32,000 bases of DNA from Aliivibrio fischeri ES114 (GCF_000011805.1 NC_006840.2); one strand, 5' to 3'; counted from the first letter of the stretch, positions 18,205 to 28,529 are shown. Numbers and translations: made by a program. Notes: generated by a model from the letters alone, not told the origin.

Positions 18205-19107
18205 TTATCTGTCTTTTGGATCCAGCGCATCACGTAAACCATCACCTACATAGTTAAAGCAGAACAAGGTAACGACCATAAATAAAGCTGGGAAAGTTAA
18301 CTGCCAAATTGCCACTTCCATAGTTTGAGAACCTTCTTGAAGTAAGGCGCCCCAACTAGTCATCGGCTCTTGAACACCTAGACCAAGGAAAGATAAGAAA
18401 GATTCAGTTAGGATCATACTCGGGATAAGTAATGTTGAATAAACGGCAACAATACCTAGTACGTTTGGTACGATATGACGAGTGATGATGCCCCACTTAC
18501 TCACACCGCACACGTGTGCTGCTTCAATAAACTCTTTACTACGTAAGCTAAGTGTTTGACCACGAACAATACGAGCCATATCAAGCCAAGCAATTGCACC
18601 AATAGCAACAAAGATAAGAATGATATTACGCCCAAAAAATGTTACTAATACGATAACCAAAAACATAAAAGGCACAGCGTATAAGATTTCAATAAAACGC
18701 ATCATTACTCGGTCAACTTTACCACCAACAAAGCCTGATGTTGCTCCGTAAAGCGTTCCAATTAGTACAGCAACTAATGCACCTAGAATACCAACCATCA
18801 ATGAAATTCGTCCGCCAACTAAGGTACGAACAAATAAATCACGACCTAAGCTGTCCGTTCCAAATAAGTGCGCCATACTTGGGCCTTGGTGTAGTGCATA
18901 CCAATCCGTATCATCATAAGCATATTGACTGAACATCGGCAGGAAAATTACAGCCAAAGTCATCAATGTAAGAATAAACAAACTGATCATTGCCGCTTTG
19001 TTTCGCATAAAGCGGATTCGTGCGTCTTGCCATAGACTGCGACCCTCAATCTCCAAACTTTCAGAGAATTTTTCAATCGCTTCTAAATTTTCTTTTTTCG
19101 TTAACAT
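18205..19107 (-). CDS. oppC: Oligopeptide ABC transporter permease OppC
   Basis: 300 aa. The N-terminus KKENLEAIEKFSESLEIEGRSLWQDARIRFMRNKAA is nearly collinear with E. coli OppC. Confidence 0.92.
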   Translation of the reverse strand: MLTKKENLEAIEKFSESLEIEGRSLWQDARIRFMRNKAAMISLFILTLMTLAVIFLPMFSQYAYDDTDWYALHQGPSMAHLFGTDSLGRDLFVRTLVGGRISLMVGILGALVAVLIGTLYGATSGFVGGKVDRVMMRFIEILYAVPFMFLVIVLVTFFGRNIILIFVAIGAIAWLDMARIVRGQTLSLRSKEFIEAAHVCGVSKWGIITRHIVPNVLGIVAVYSTLLIPSMILTESFLSFLGLGVQEPMTSWGALLQEGSQTMEVAIWQLTFPALFMVVTLFCFNYVGDGLRDALDPKDR

Positions 19108-19121
19108 GCGTCCATTCCCTA

Positions 19122-20042
19122 TTAATAACGAATTTTCGGGTCGATAATTGCTAGTAATACATCAACAATTGCGTTGAATAAGATAAATAGGAAACCAATC
19201 AGAATGGTTACCCCCATTACTAACGAATAATCACGGTTAAATGCTGCATTGACGAAAAGCTTACCAATTCCAGGTAGACCAAAAATCGTTTCAATAACAA
19301 CAGAACCGGTAATAATGCCGACAAATGCTGGTCCCATATAAGAAACAACAGGTAACATTGCAGGCTTTAGTGCATGTTTAATAATAATGTAGCGATAACT
19401 TAATCCCTTCGCACGAGCAGTTCGAATAAAGTTACTGTTTAATGTTTCAATCATGCTACCACGAGTAATACGAGCAAAAGTCGCAACATAAAGGAATGAC
19501 ATACCTAGAATTGGTAAGAACATGTATTTAAATGAGCCATCATGCCAACCACCAGCAGGGAACCAGCCAAGCTCAATAGAAAAGAGATAAATCAGTGCAG
19601 GGGCCAATACAAAGGATGGCATCACCACCCCCACCATGGCGGTGGACATAATCGTATAATCAAGCCATGTATTTTGCCTTAATGCGGCTAAGGTACCGAC
19701 AGTAACCCCAAGTACCACCGTAAAAATAAACGCAAAAAAACCAACTTTAGCTGACACTGGTAATGCCGCTTCAACCAATTCATTTACTGTATAATCTTGA
19801 TATTTAAATGAAGGACCGAAATCACCTTGTAAGATATTACCAAGATAAGTCGTATATTGTTCGAATACCGGTTTATCTAAACCGTATTTTGCATTGATAT
19901 TCGCCATAACTTCCGGAGGAAGTGGGCGTTCTGTTGAAAATGGATTGCCAGGGGCAAATCTCATTAAGAAAAAAGAAATGGTGATCAAAACCAACATTGT
20001 TGGAATTGCTTCAAGTATCCGTTTGATAATGAATTGAAACAT
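19122..20042 (-). CDS. oppB: Oligopeptide ABC transporter permease OppB
   Basis: 306 aa. MFQFIIKRILEAIPTMLVLITISFFLMRFAPGNPF is the typical OppB/DppB N-terminus. The length matches E. coli OppB (306 aa). Confidence 0.92.
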   Translation of the reverse strand: MFQFIIKRILEAIPTMLVLITISFFLMRFAPGNPFSTERPLPPEVMANINAKYGLDKPVFEQYTTYLGNILQGDFGPSFKYQDYTVNELVEAALPVSAKVGFFAFIFTVVLGVTVGTLAALRQNTWLDYTIMSTAMVGVVMPSFVLAPALIYLFSIELGWFPAGGWHDGSFKYMFLPILGMSFLYVATFARITRGSMIETLNSNFIRTARAKGLSYRYIIIKHALKPAMLPVVSYMGPAFVGIITGSVVIETIFGLPGIGKLFVNAAFNRDYSLVMGVTILIGFLFILFNAIVDVLLAIIDPKIRY

Positions 20043-20089
20043 AATTCACTCTTCCAGTCTGTGACAAAAAATATTAAAAGATGGATCTA

Positions 20090-20119
20090 GTCACTACACG
20101 CGATCCTGCGTGTAGTGAC
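20090..20119 (-). other. Intercistronic 12-bp perfect hairpin between oppA and oppB
   Basis: GTCACTACACGC-6 nt-GCGTGTAGTGAC lies in the 105-nt oppA-oppB gap. In the minus (sense) orientation it is not directly followed by a U-tract. It could be an mRNA-stabilising or attenuating element. Confidence 0.55.
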
Positions 20120-20147
20120 ATTTTTTATAATTTTATTTTGCTAATAA

Positions 20148-21812
20148 TTACTTAGCTTTGATATATAGGTCTTTCGAGTAGATTTTTTCTTCCGCATTGC
20201 CCGTTGGGAAGCCACCTACTTGTGGGGATAGTAAACGTGATTTAACATATTGATAAATAGGAGCAATTGGCATATCTTTCGCTAGAAGTTTCTCAGCTTC
20301 TAAATAGATAGCATTACGCTCTTCTTCAGAAGTTGATGCCAATGCTTTTTCAATCAACGCATCATACTCTGCACTACCGTAATGTTGGCCACCAGTTGTA
20401 TTTTTACTTACCATTAATGTTAGGAAAGCTGACGCTTCATTATAATCGCCACACCAACCCGCACGAGCCACTTCAAACTGGCCTTGATCTTTAGAATCTA
20501 GGTATGTTTTCCACTCTTGGTTTTCTAAAACAACTTCTAGCCCAAGTGTCTTTTTCCACATAGAGCCAGCTGCCACAGCGATCTTCTTATGGTTTTCAGA
20601 AGTGTTGTACAGCAATGTAAATTTAAGTGGATTCTCAGGACCAAAGCCCGCTTCTGTTAATAAACGTTTTGCTTCTGCATTACGTTCATCTTGAGTCATT
20701 TTGCCATAAGCAGGAAGTTCAGGATTGAAGCCAGCAGTAATCTCAGGTGTTAAGAAATAAGCTGGTTTTTGGCCTTGACCTAGAATTACGTCTGAAACAA
20801 TAGAACGGTCAATAGCGTAAGAAATCGCTTTACGGACACGAACATCATCAAACGGTTTTTTCTTAGTATTAAACGAGTAGTAGTAAGTACATAAGCTACC
20901 TACAACAGAAACTGAATCAGGTTCTTCTTTTTGTAGACGTTTAAAGTGTTCAACTGGAAGTTCATTAGTAAAGTCTAGCTCTCCAGATAAGAAGCGGTTC
21001 ATTTCTGAAACCTGATTTTCGATAGGTAAGAACGTTACCTTAGTTAGTTTAGTATCTTTGTTGTCCCAGTATTGTTCATTACGAACAAGCTCTAGGCGTT
21101 CATTTACAACCCAGTCATTAACAACGAATGCACCATTACCAACAAAATTACCTGGTTTAGTCCATTGATCTCCAAATTTTTCAATTGTTGCTTTATGAAC
21201 AGGCTTCACTGTCGTGTGGCCCATCATTTTTACGAAATAAGGAACAGCAGTCTCAAGTTGAACTTCTAGAGTATGAGCATCAATCGCTTTAACGCCAAGT
21301 TCACTCTTATCTTTCTTACCAGCAACGATGTCTTTTGCATTTGCCATCTTAGTATATTCCATATACCAAGAGTATGGTGATGCTGTCATTGGATCGACTG
21401 CTCTTTGGAAACTGTATACAAAATCATCAGCAGTTACAGGATCACCATTTGACCATTTAGCATCTTTACGTAAATGGAATACAAATTTTTTGTTATCTGT
21501 TGTTTCCCAACTTTCTGCAACACCTGGGATCGTATTACCGTCAGCATCTTGATTTACAAGACCTTCTAATAGATCACGGATAACGTGAGATTCAGGAACA
21601 CCTTGGGATTTATGAGGGTCTAAAGTCGCAACCTCAGTACCATTACCACGAACCAACTCTTGTACATCTGCATATACGACTTCAGTTGATTCAGGTTTTT
21701 CAGCAGGTTTCGTTTGTTTGACAGGTTGCTCTGCGGTTTTATCTCCACAGCCAGCAAGTGCTAGTGACAGGCCACCAAGCAAAATCGCTTGTGTAATTTT
21801 ATTCTTATACAT
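20148..21812 (-). CDS. oppA: Oligopeptide-binding protein OppA (SBP family 5), apparently lipid-anchored
   Basis: 554 aa. It is collinear with E. coli OppA from about residue 45 (VRGNGTEVATLDPHKSQGVPESHVIRDLLEGL). GGAG lies 7 nt upstream of the ATG. The N-terminus MYKNKITQAILLGGLSLALAGC carries a lipobox LAGC, followed by a Pro/Lys/Glu-rich linker. Confidence 0.92.
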   Translation of the reverse strand: MYKNKITQAILLGGLSLALAGCGDKTAEQPVKQTKPAEKPESTEVVYADVQELVRGNGTEVATLDPHKSQGVPESHVIRDLLEGLVNQDADGNTIPGVAESWETTDNKKFVFHLRKDAKWSNGDPVTADDFVYSFQRAVDPMTASPYSWYMEYTKMANAKDIVAGKKDKSELGVKAIDAHTLEVQLETAVPYFVKMMGHTTVKPVHKATIEKFGDQWTKPGNFVGNGAFVVNDWVVNERLELVRNEQYWDNKDTKLTKVTFLPIENQVSEMNRFLSGELDFTNELPVEHFKRLQKEEPDSVSVVGSLCTYYYSFNTKKKPFDDVRVRKAISYAIDRSIVSDVILGQGQKPAYFLTPEITAGFNPELPAYGKMTQDERNAEAKRLLTEAGFGPENPLKFTLLYNTSENHKKIAVAAGSMWKKTLGLEVVLENQEWKTYLDSKDQGQFEVARAGWCGDYNEASAFLTLMVSKNTTGGQHYGSAEYDALIEKALASTSEEERNAIYLEAEKLLAKDMPIAPIYQYVKSRLLSPQVGGFPTGNAEEKIYSKDLYIKAK

Positions 21813-22427
21813 GCATTAACTCCAATACATTCAATTTGCATCCATGACATTCTTCGGGCAAAACGACTCGCCAATCATTTAAATCTAAAAAACGTTAAAT
21901 ACGCCTAAAAAAGATTAAATCCTTCGAAGAATTGTGGGCAACATTATCAATCATTGAAGTAATTTGCCACATTTTTGTCACAAAACACCCGATAATTTTT
22001 AAAATCATCACAAATAACCGAATAATTAACCAGATTATTTATCCTTTATGGATTGAACGAATACAAAGCTTAATAAAGGTAGAATCCCCTACTATTTTGT
22101 CTAGTTTCTCATCAATAAGCCACATATTAATCCAACAATTTTGCAACAAAAAATATAATATCGATGAGATTTTAAACAAAAAAAACCATAAAAACTAAAT
22201 TCAAAGCACAAATAAACATCTATTTTTATAAAGCAATAAAAAAATGACATTCTTTAGGGCCGTCCAACATTCTTTTTTTGTAATTGCATTTAAAACATGT
22301 GAATACCTAAGGTTGATGCCAAACTAAGCACTTCTTCTGGCAATTTATAAATTATAAACAAAGATAATATGGATGCTGTAATTTCAGCAGTAATCCAACT
22401 TGGATTAATTTATCAAGGATGTTATTT

Positions 22428-24965
22428 ATGTTTAAAAAGAAACTTGGACTGTGCTCAGCAGCCGTGACTCTTGCCCTTTCTGCTCCAGCTTTTGCGGCAG
22501 CCCCAGGGCAAGCGATCATCTCTTGGATGGAAACTGATTTTTCTATTATTGAGATCGATCAAGCAGCCACCTCATACAAAAGTCTGGTAACAGTAAAAGA
22601 TTTTGCTGAAGTTCCTGTTACATGGGATCGTTGGTCTGGAGAGTCTGCAGAAAAATGGCGTGTGTTATTAAATGGTGTTGTTGTTCATGAAGAAAGTGTT
22701 TCTCCTGCGGCTTCTCAAAAAGCGTCAACAACTCTACAGGTTCGTCAAGGTGGCCAGTATGAAATGACGGTGCAGCTTTGTAATGGCTCTGGTGCAACTG
22801 AAGAATGTAGCACTAGTGCTGCAAAATCAATTGTAGTAGCAGATACTGACGGTAGCCATTTAGATCCATTGCCAATGAATGTAGACCCAGCAAACGGTAA
22901 TTACACTACACCGGCGGGTATGGTTTCAGGTGCCTATTTTGTTGAATGGGGTGTTTATGGACGTAAATTTGCTGTAGACCAAATCCCCGCGCAAAACTTA
23001 ACTCATATACTTTATGGTTTCATTCCAATTTGTGGCCCTAACCCATCGTTAGGAGAGATTGAAAATGGAAACAGCCTAGCAGCTCTTAACCGTGCTTGTG
23101 CAGGTACTCCTGATTATGAAGTAGTTATTCATGACCCATGGGCAGCGGTTCAAATGCCACAACCACAGTCTGGTCATGTTCATAGTACTCCTTATAAAGG
23201 GACTTACGGCCAAATGATGGCACTTAAGCAGCGTTATCCAGACCTAAAAATTGTCCCATCAATTGGAGGCTGGACTCTATCTGATCCTTTCTACGATTTC
23301 GTTGATAAATCAAAACGAGATATTTTTGTTGCCTCAGTTAAAAAGTTTCTTAAAACATGGAAGTTTTATGATGGTGTAGATATTGACTGGGAATTCCCTG
23401 GTGGCGACGGTGCAAGTGCTACTGATGGTGATCCTGTAAATGACGGCCCTGCTTATGTTGCATTAATGCAAGAATTAAGAGCAATGCTTGATGAGTTAAG
23501 TGCTGAAACAGGAAAAACCTATGAATTAACATCAGCAATTGGTGCTGGTTATGACAAAATTGAAGATGTTGATTATGCCGCTGCATCGCAGTACATGGAT
23601 TACATCTTTGCAATGACATACGATTTTTACGGTGGTTGGAACAACGTCGTTGGTCATCAAACGGCACTAAACTGTGGCTCTCATATGTCTCAAGGTGAAT
23701 GTGACGGTACCGGTCTTGATGATAAAGGTGAACCAAGAAAAGGACCTGCATACACAACAAGTAATGCGATCGATTTGTTATTAGCTCAAGGTGTTGATGC
23801 TAAGAAGCTGGTTGTTGGTGCCGCTATGTATGCACGTGGCTGGACAGGTGTTACACGCGAGAGTATGACAGATCCAACAAATCCTATGACAGGTGTTGGT
23901 AACGGTAAAGTGGCAGGTTCATGGGAAGCTGGCGTTATCGATTATAAAGATGTGGTAACTCGCTACATAGATAAAGCTGGTGTTGAGGTTGGTTATGATG
24001 AAGTAGCTCAAGCCGCTTACGCTTATGACCCAAGCAATGGTGATTTAGTTACTTATGACAATAAAAGATCGATTCTAGCTAAAGGGGACTATGTTCGTTC
24101 ATTAGGCTTAGGCGGTCTATTTGCATGGGAAATCGATGCTGATAATGGTGACATTCTAAATGCAATGCAAGAAGGTCTTGCTGGTGATGGTACGGTTACG
24201 CCTCCTGCAAACAAAAAACCTGTCGCTAATGCTGGTGTAGATGTTTCGGTTATTGCTCCTGCATTTGTACAACTTGACGGATCATTATCCTCGGATAGCG
24301 ATGGCTCGATTGTTTCTTATGCATGGACACAAGTTTCTGGGCCTAATGTAACACTAATTGGTGCAGATTCAGTTAACCCAAGCTTTGCTACTGATACTTT
24401 TACTCAATCTGAAACACTTCAATTCACACTAAAAGTAACAGACGATAAAGGTGCGACTGCATCTGATTCAGTCGCTGTATCAGTAACCGTTGAAGGAACA
24501 GAACCGGTAAATAACCCACCAGTAGCCGTTATTGTTGCTCCAACATCAGTAAATAAAGGCGATGTGGTTACGCTTGATGCATCCACATCAACTGATGCAG
24601 ACAGTGATCCATTGACATTCACATGGGTCGTTCCTACTGGTGTTGATGCTACTGTTATTGGTTCTCAGGTTACCTTTACAGCAGCCTCTTACCCTGTTGA
24701 TACACCTTTTACTTTCTCTGTCACAGCAAATGATGGTCAAGCATCAGACACAGCAAATGTTACTGTTACTGTACTTAAAGATGCTGGTGATCCACCAGTA
24801 ACTTGTGATAACGCATGGGATGCTTCAACAGTCTATACTGGTGGTGACCAAGTTTCTCAAGCTGGTAAAGTATGGGAAGCGAAATGGTGGACAAAAGGTG
24901 ATGAACCATCAAAATCTGGTGAATGGGGAGTATGGAAAGAAGTCGGTATTTCTACTTGTAACTAA
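22428..24965 (+). CDS. chiA: Secreted GH18 chitinase (ChiA-type): ChiA N-terminal domain, GH18 catalytic domain, two PKD/Ig-like repeats, C-terminal chitin-binding domain (CBM5/12)
   Basis: The track start is 22419. The ATG at 22428 has AAGGA 8 nt upstream, whereas 22419 overlaps that SD. The signal peptide is MFKKKLGLCSAAVTLALSAPAFA|AAP. The catalytic motif DGVDIDWE spans 23370-23393, with the Glu codon at 23391-23393. The two PKD-like repeats fall at roughly 24220-24780. The C-terminus AWDASTVYTGGDQVSQAGKVWEAKWWTKGDEP is a typical CBM5/12 sequence. Confidence 0.9.
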   Translation: MFKKKLGLCSAAVTLALSAPAFAAAPGQAIISWMETDFSIIEIDQAATSYKSLVTVKDFAEVPVTWDRWSGESAEKWRVLLNGVVVHEESVSPAASQKASTTLQVRQGGQYEMTVQLCNGSGATEECSTSAAKSIVVADTDGSHLDPLPMNVDPANGNYTTPAGMVSGAYFVEWGVYGRKFAVDQIPAQNLTHILYGFIPICGPNPSLGEIENGNSLAALNRACAGTPDYEVVIHDPWAAVQMPQPQSGHVHSTPYKGTYGQMMALKQRYPDLKIVPSIGGWTLSDPFYDFVDKSKRDIFVASVKKFLKTWKFYDGVDIDWEFPGGDGASATDGDPVNDGPAYVALMQELRAMLDELSAETGKTYELTSAIGAGYDKIEDVDYAAASQYMDYIFAMTYDFYGGWNNVVGHQTALNCGSHMSQGECDGTGLDDKGEPRKGPAYTTSNAIDLLLAQGVDAKKLVVGAAMYARGWTGVTRESMTDPTNPMTGVGNGKVAGSWEAGVIDYKDVVTRYIDKAGVEVGYDEVAQAAYAYDPSNGDLVTYDNKRSILAKGDYVRSLGLGGLFAWEIDADNGDILNAMQEGLAGDGTVTPPANKKPVANAGVDVSVIAPAFVQLDGSLSSDSDGSIVSYAWTQVSGPNVTLIGADSVNPSFATDTFTQSETLQFTLKVTDDKGATASDSVAVSVTVEGTEPVNNPPVAVIVAPTSVNKGDVVTLDASTSTDADSDPLTFTWVVPTGVDATVIGSQVTFTAASYPVDTPFTFSVTANDGQASDTANVTVTVLKDAGDPPVTCDNAWDASTVYTGGDQVSQAGKVWEAKWWTKGDEPSKSGEWGVWKEVGISTCN

Positions 24966-24984
24966 TCCTTTCATTTAAAAATAA

Positions 24985-25018
24985 AAAGACCAAGCTCACT
25001 TATCTGAACTTGGTCTTT
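24985..25018. terminator. Bidirectional terminator shared by chiA (plus) and tdk (minus)
   Basis: AAAGACCAAG-14 nt-CTTGGTCTTT, flanked by an A-run upstream and a T-rich tract downstream. Confidence 0.7.
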
Positions 25019-25051
25019 CTTTTAAAACCGTACAAACTAATTAAGTAAATT

Positions 25052-25630
25052 CTATTTACCTAGCGCTTCTTTATAATGGCGTCGACATACTGAAACGTAC
25101 AACTCATTACCACCGATAGCAACTTGATCACCATCTGCAATGGCTACACCATGCTCATCCGTACGAATCACCATGTTTGCTTTACGTCCACAGTGACAAA
25201 TGGTTTTTAATTCAACCAATTTATCAGCCCAAGAAAGTAAATATTTACTTCCCTCAAATAACTCTCCTAAAAAGTCAGTTCGTAAGCCATAACAAAGTGC
25301 TGGGATATTTAATTTATCAACGACTTCTGTCAGTTGATATACTTGTTCTTTCGTTAAAAACTGACATTCATCAATTAAAACACAGTGAAGTTTTTCTGCT
25401 TCATGCAACTCTTTAATTGCGTCGAATACATTCGTTTCTTTATTAAACAAGTGTGCTTCTGCATGTAAACCAATTCGAGAACTTACTTTACCAACACCAT
25501 AACGATCATCAATCGCGGCTGTAAAAATAGCAGGATTCATACCGCGTTCTTGATAATTAAATGATGATTGAAGAAGTGTTGTTGATTTCCCCGCATTCAT
25601 TGCAGAGTAATAAAAATACATTTGTGCCAC
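25052..25630 (-). CDS. tdk: Thymidine kinase
   Basis: 192 aa. [31 protein letters not shown] contains the P-loop. The C-terminal zinc-binding Cys pairs are CHCGRKA and VCRRHY. Confidence 0.95.
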   Translation of the reverse strand: MAQMYFYYSAMNAGKSTTLLQSSFNYQERGMNPAIFTAAIDDRYGVGKVSSRIGLHAEAHLFNKETNVFDAIKELHEAEKLHCVLIDECQFLTKEQVYQLTEVVDKLNIPALCYGLRTDFLGELFEGSKYLLSWADKLVELKTICHCGRKANMVIRTDEHGVAIADGDQVAIGGNELYVSVCRRHYKEALGK

Positions 25631-25666
25631 AAATGTGTCCTCTATTAAAGTTTAAAAATTTGGTAA

Positions 25667-25693
25667 TAAAAAAGGCTGGAAATACCAGCCCTT
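25667..25693 (-). terminator. Rho-independent terminator after cysS
   Basis: On the minus strand: GGGCTGG-tattt-CCAGCC followed by TTTTTT. Confidence 0.75.
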
Positions 25694-25711
25694 TATATAA
25701 AACTGTTTGTA

Positions 25712-27097
25712 TTACTTACGACGCCACGTTGTTCCTTCAGGGCCATCTTCTAATACAATATTTAATGCAGCAATCGCATCACGAGCAGCATCTGCTGCTG
25801 CCCAATCTTTTGCTGCACGAGCATCATTACGCGCTTTAATTAACGCTTCTATTTCCGCAACATCATCATTGCTGCTTCCACCTTGTAAGAATGCTTCAGG
25901 CTCTTGTGATAATAAACCTAATACATCTGCTAGTTCACGCATTAATGCACCTAATTTAGATGCAGTATCTATATTTTCAGTTTTAAGACGGTTCACTTCG
26001 CGAGCCATTTCAAATAATACTGAATACGCTTCTGGTGTATTAAAATCATCATTCATCGCTGTAGAGAAGCGACCAACAAACTCTTCACCACCAGCAGGAG
26101 TCACTGATAGATCAAGACCACGTAGCGATGTGTATAAACGCTCTAGTGATGCACGAGCTTGATTTAGATTCTCTTCACTGTAGTTTAATTGGCTACGGTA
26201 GTGACCAGACATTAAGAAATAACGAACCGTTTCTGAATCGTAATGAGCAAGAACGTCACGAATAGTAAAGAAATTACCTAATGACTTAGACATTTTCTCA
26301 CGATCAACCATCACCATTCCACTGTGCATCCAAGTATTTACGTATGGGGTATCATGTGCACAGCAAGATTGAGCAATTTCATTTTCATGGTGTGGGAACA
26401 TCAAATCAGAACCACCACCGTGAATATCAAAATGATCACCAAGAATAGATGAGTTCATTGCTGAACACTCAATGTGCCAACCTGGACGGCCTGGTCCCCA
26501 TGGAGATTCCCATGTTGGTTCACCTGGTTTTGACATCTTCCATAAAACAAAATCCATTCCGCTACGTTTTACACTTGCTTCTTCTAATGTAACACGGGAA
26601 CCAGCTTGAAGTTGTTCAAGATCTTGACGAGAAAGACAACCATATTCATCGTATTTTTTCACTTCGAACATTACATCGCCATTCGATGCCACATAAGCAA
26701 AGCCACGCTCAATTAATCGCTCAACCAATGCAATGATTTCTTTAATGTACTCTGTTGCACGAGGTTCCACATCTGGGCGTTTCATGTTTAACGCATCAAA
26801 ATCAGCATGCATGTCAGCAATCAAACGCTCAGTTAATGCATCACATGTTTCACCATTTTCAGCGGCACGTTTAATGATTTTGTCATCAATATCTGTGATG
26901 TTACGAACAAAAGTTAAATCGTAACCAAGAAAACGTAAATAACGAGAAATAACATCAAAAGAGACAAATGTACGACCGTGACCGATATGACACAAATCGT
27001 AAATGGTAACCCCACACACATACATACCGACTTTACCTTCGGTAATTGGCTTAAATTCTTCTTTTTGACGTGTAAGTGAGTTATATATTTTCAACAT
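25712..27097 (-). CDS. cysS: Cysteine--tRNA ligase
   Basis: 461 aa. The HIGH motif (CHIGHGRT) and KMSKS motif are present. It matches E. coli CysS in length (461 aa). Confidence 0.97.
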   Translation of the reverse strand: MLKIYNSLTRQKEEFKPITEGKVGMYVCGVTIYDLCHIGHGRTFVSFDVISRYLRFLGYDLTFVRNITDIDDKIIKRAAENGETCDALTERLIADMHADFDALNMKRPDVEPRATEYIKEIIALVERLIERGFAYVASNGDVMFEVKKYDEYGCLSRQDLEQLQAGSRVTLEEASVKRSGMDFVLWKMSKPGEPTWESPWGPGRPGWHIECSAMNSSILGDHFDIHGGGSDLMFPHHENEIAQSCCAHDTPYVNTWMHSGMVMVDREKMSKSLGNFFTIRDVLAHYDSETVRYFLMSGHYRSQLNYSEENLNQARASLERLYTSLRGLDLSVTPAGGEEFVGRFSTAMNDDFNTPEAYSVLFEMAREVNRLKTENIDTASKLGALMRELADVLGLLSQEPEAFLQGGSSNDDVAEIEALIKARNDARAAKDWAAADAARDAIAALNIVLEDGPEGTTWRRK

Positions 27098-27245
27098 GCT
27101 CTTTTTTTACTCATTATTTGTTTAAAGGATATATATAAGCTATTAGACCTATATTAAGTGCTGATAGCAAGAAAATTCCCTGTAGATTCTGATTAATCTT
27201 AGGTAAAATCAAATTCTATTTAAATACAATTACAAAGGTAATTCC

Positions 27246-27743
27246 ATGATCATCCTACATACATCATTTGGTGACATCACAGTTAAACTTCACGAAGACA
27301 AAGCACCAGCAACGTGTGCTAACTTCCTACAATACTGTAAAGATGGTTTCTACGACAACACTCTTTTCCACCGTGTAATTGATGGTTTTATGGTTCAAGG
27401 TGGCGGCATGACTTCAGGTCTTGAAGAAAAAACTGGCCGTGCAACTATCAAAAACGAAGCAAATAATGGCCTAAGCAACAAAGTAGGTACATTAGCAATG
27501 GCTCGTACTATGGAACCGCATTCAGCAAGTTCTCAATTCTTCATCAACGTTAACGACAACAAATTCCTAGATTTTAAATCTGAATCTCTAGATGGTTGGG
27601 GTTACTGTGTGTTTGCTGAAGTGGTTGAAGGCATGGACGTTGTAAACAAAATCAAAGGTGTTGCTACTGGTAACTACGGTTACGTACACCAAGATGTTCC
27701 TGTTGAAGAAGTATTCATCACAGGCACAACAATCACAGAATAA
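27246..27743 (+). CDS. ppiB: Peptidyl-prolyl cis-trans isomerase B (cytoplasmic cyclophilin)
   Basis: 165 aa. [32 protein letters not shown] and [26 protein letters not shown] are nearly collinear with E. coli PpiB (164 aa). Confidence 0.95.
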   Translation: MIILHTSFGDITVKLHEDKAPATCANFLQYCKDGFYDNTLFHRVIDGFMVQGGGMTSGLEEKTGRATIKNEANNGLSNKVGTLAMARTMEPHSASSQFFINVNDNKFLDFKSESLDGWGYCVFAEVVEGMDVVNKIKGVATGNYGYVHQDVPVEEVFITGTTITE

Positions 27744-27754
27744 TTCTGTTTTTT

Positions 27755-27783
27755 TGCCAGCTTTATTCAAAGCTGGCATTTTC
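27755..27783 (+). terminator. Rho-independent terminator after ppiB
   Basis: TGCCAGCTTT-attc-AAAGCTGGCA followed by TTTT. Confidence 0.75.
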
Positions 27784-27803
27784 TCATTACCAATAAAGTA
27801 TTT

Positions 27804-28529
27804 ATGACTATCTTATTTATTTCTGATCTTCACTTATCCCCTCTTCGCCCTGACATCACGGATTGTTTTATTGATTTTATGCAGAATGAAGCCATTCATG
27901 CTGAAAAACTCTACGTATTAGGCGACTTATTTGAATTTTGGATTGGTGATGATGATAATTCTCCATTTAATGTTTCAATCAAAAATGAGTTTAAGGCATT
28001 AACGGAAAAAGGAGTCAAATGTTACTTTATTCAAGGTAATAGAGATTTCCTGCTTAATAAACGCTTTTGTAAAGAAACAGGAGTTGAACTTTTAGATGAT
28101 CACACGGTTATCGAACTTGATGGTGAAAAAGTTCTTATTATGCACGGTGATACCTTGTGCATTGATGATATAAAATATCAAGAATTTAGAGCTAAAGTGC
28201 ACAAACCATGGCTTCAATGGGTCTTCAACCGAATTCCACTTTTCATTCGCCAGCGTATAGTAAAAAACGTTCAAGATAAGATTAAAGAGAAAAAACAAAC
28301 TAAAACTCTGTGCATCATGGATGTTACTCAAAGTGAAGTTGAACGTGTAATGCAAGAAGAAGGTGTTCAACGTCTTATTCATGGACATACTCACCGACCA
28401 GATACGCATACCTTTATGAGCAATAATAAAGAGATGACTCGCATTGTATTAGGTGACTGGTATAGCCAAGGTTCAATTCTTGAGTATTCAGATAAAATCT
28501 ACTCACTTCACAAAAAAGAGTTTAAATAA
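27804..28529 (+). CDS. lpxH: UDP-2,3-diacylglucosamine diphosphatase (lipid A biosynthesis)
   Basis: 241 aa. It has calcineurin-like metallophosphoesterase motifs ([27 protein letters not shown]). The ppiB-lpxH synteny matches E. coli. Confidence 0.92.

Noticed and set aside
21932-22198. 88-aa ORF in the oppA-chiA intergenic region
   Set aside because: Its Ile/Asn/Lys/Phe-rich composition simply mirrors AT-rich DNA. It has no SD and no recognisable domain, and it sits in a likely promoter region.
22290-22360. Possible sigma54 (TGGCA) or CRP (TGTGA-N6) elements upstream of chiA
   Set aside because: CTGGCAatttataaattat lacks the -12 GC element. TGTGAatacctAAGGT has a poor right half-site. I cannot support either call.
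23419-24622. Antisense ORFs (113 aa and 67 aa) inside the chitinase gene
   Set aside because: They oppose a gene with clear GH18, PKD and CBM motifs and consist of repetitive low-complexity sequence.
25707-26162. 151-aa plus-strand ORF
   Set aside because: It is antisense to cysS. It is Ala/Ser-rich and low-complexity, with no SD.
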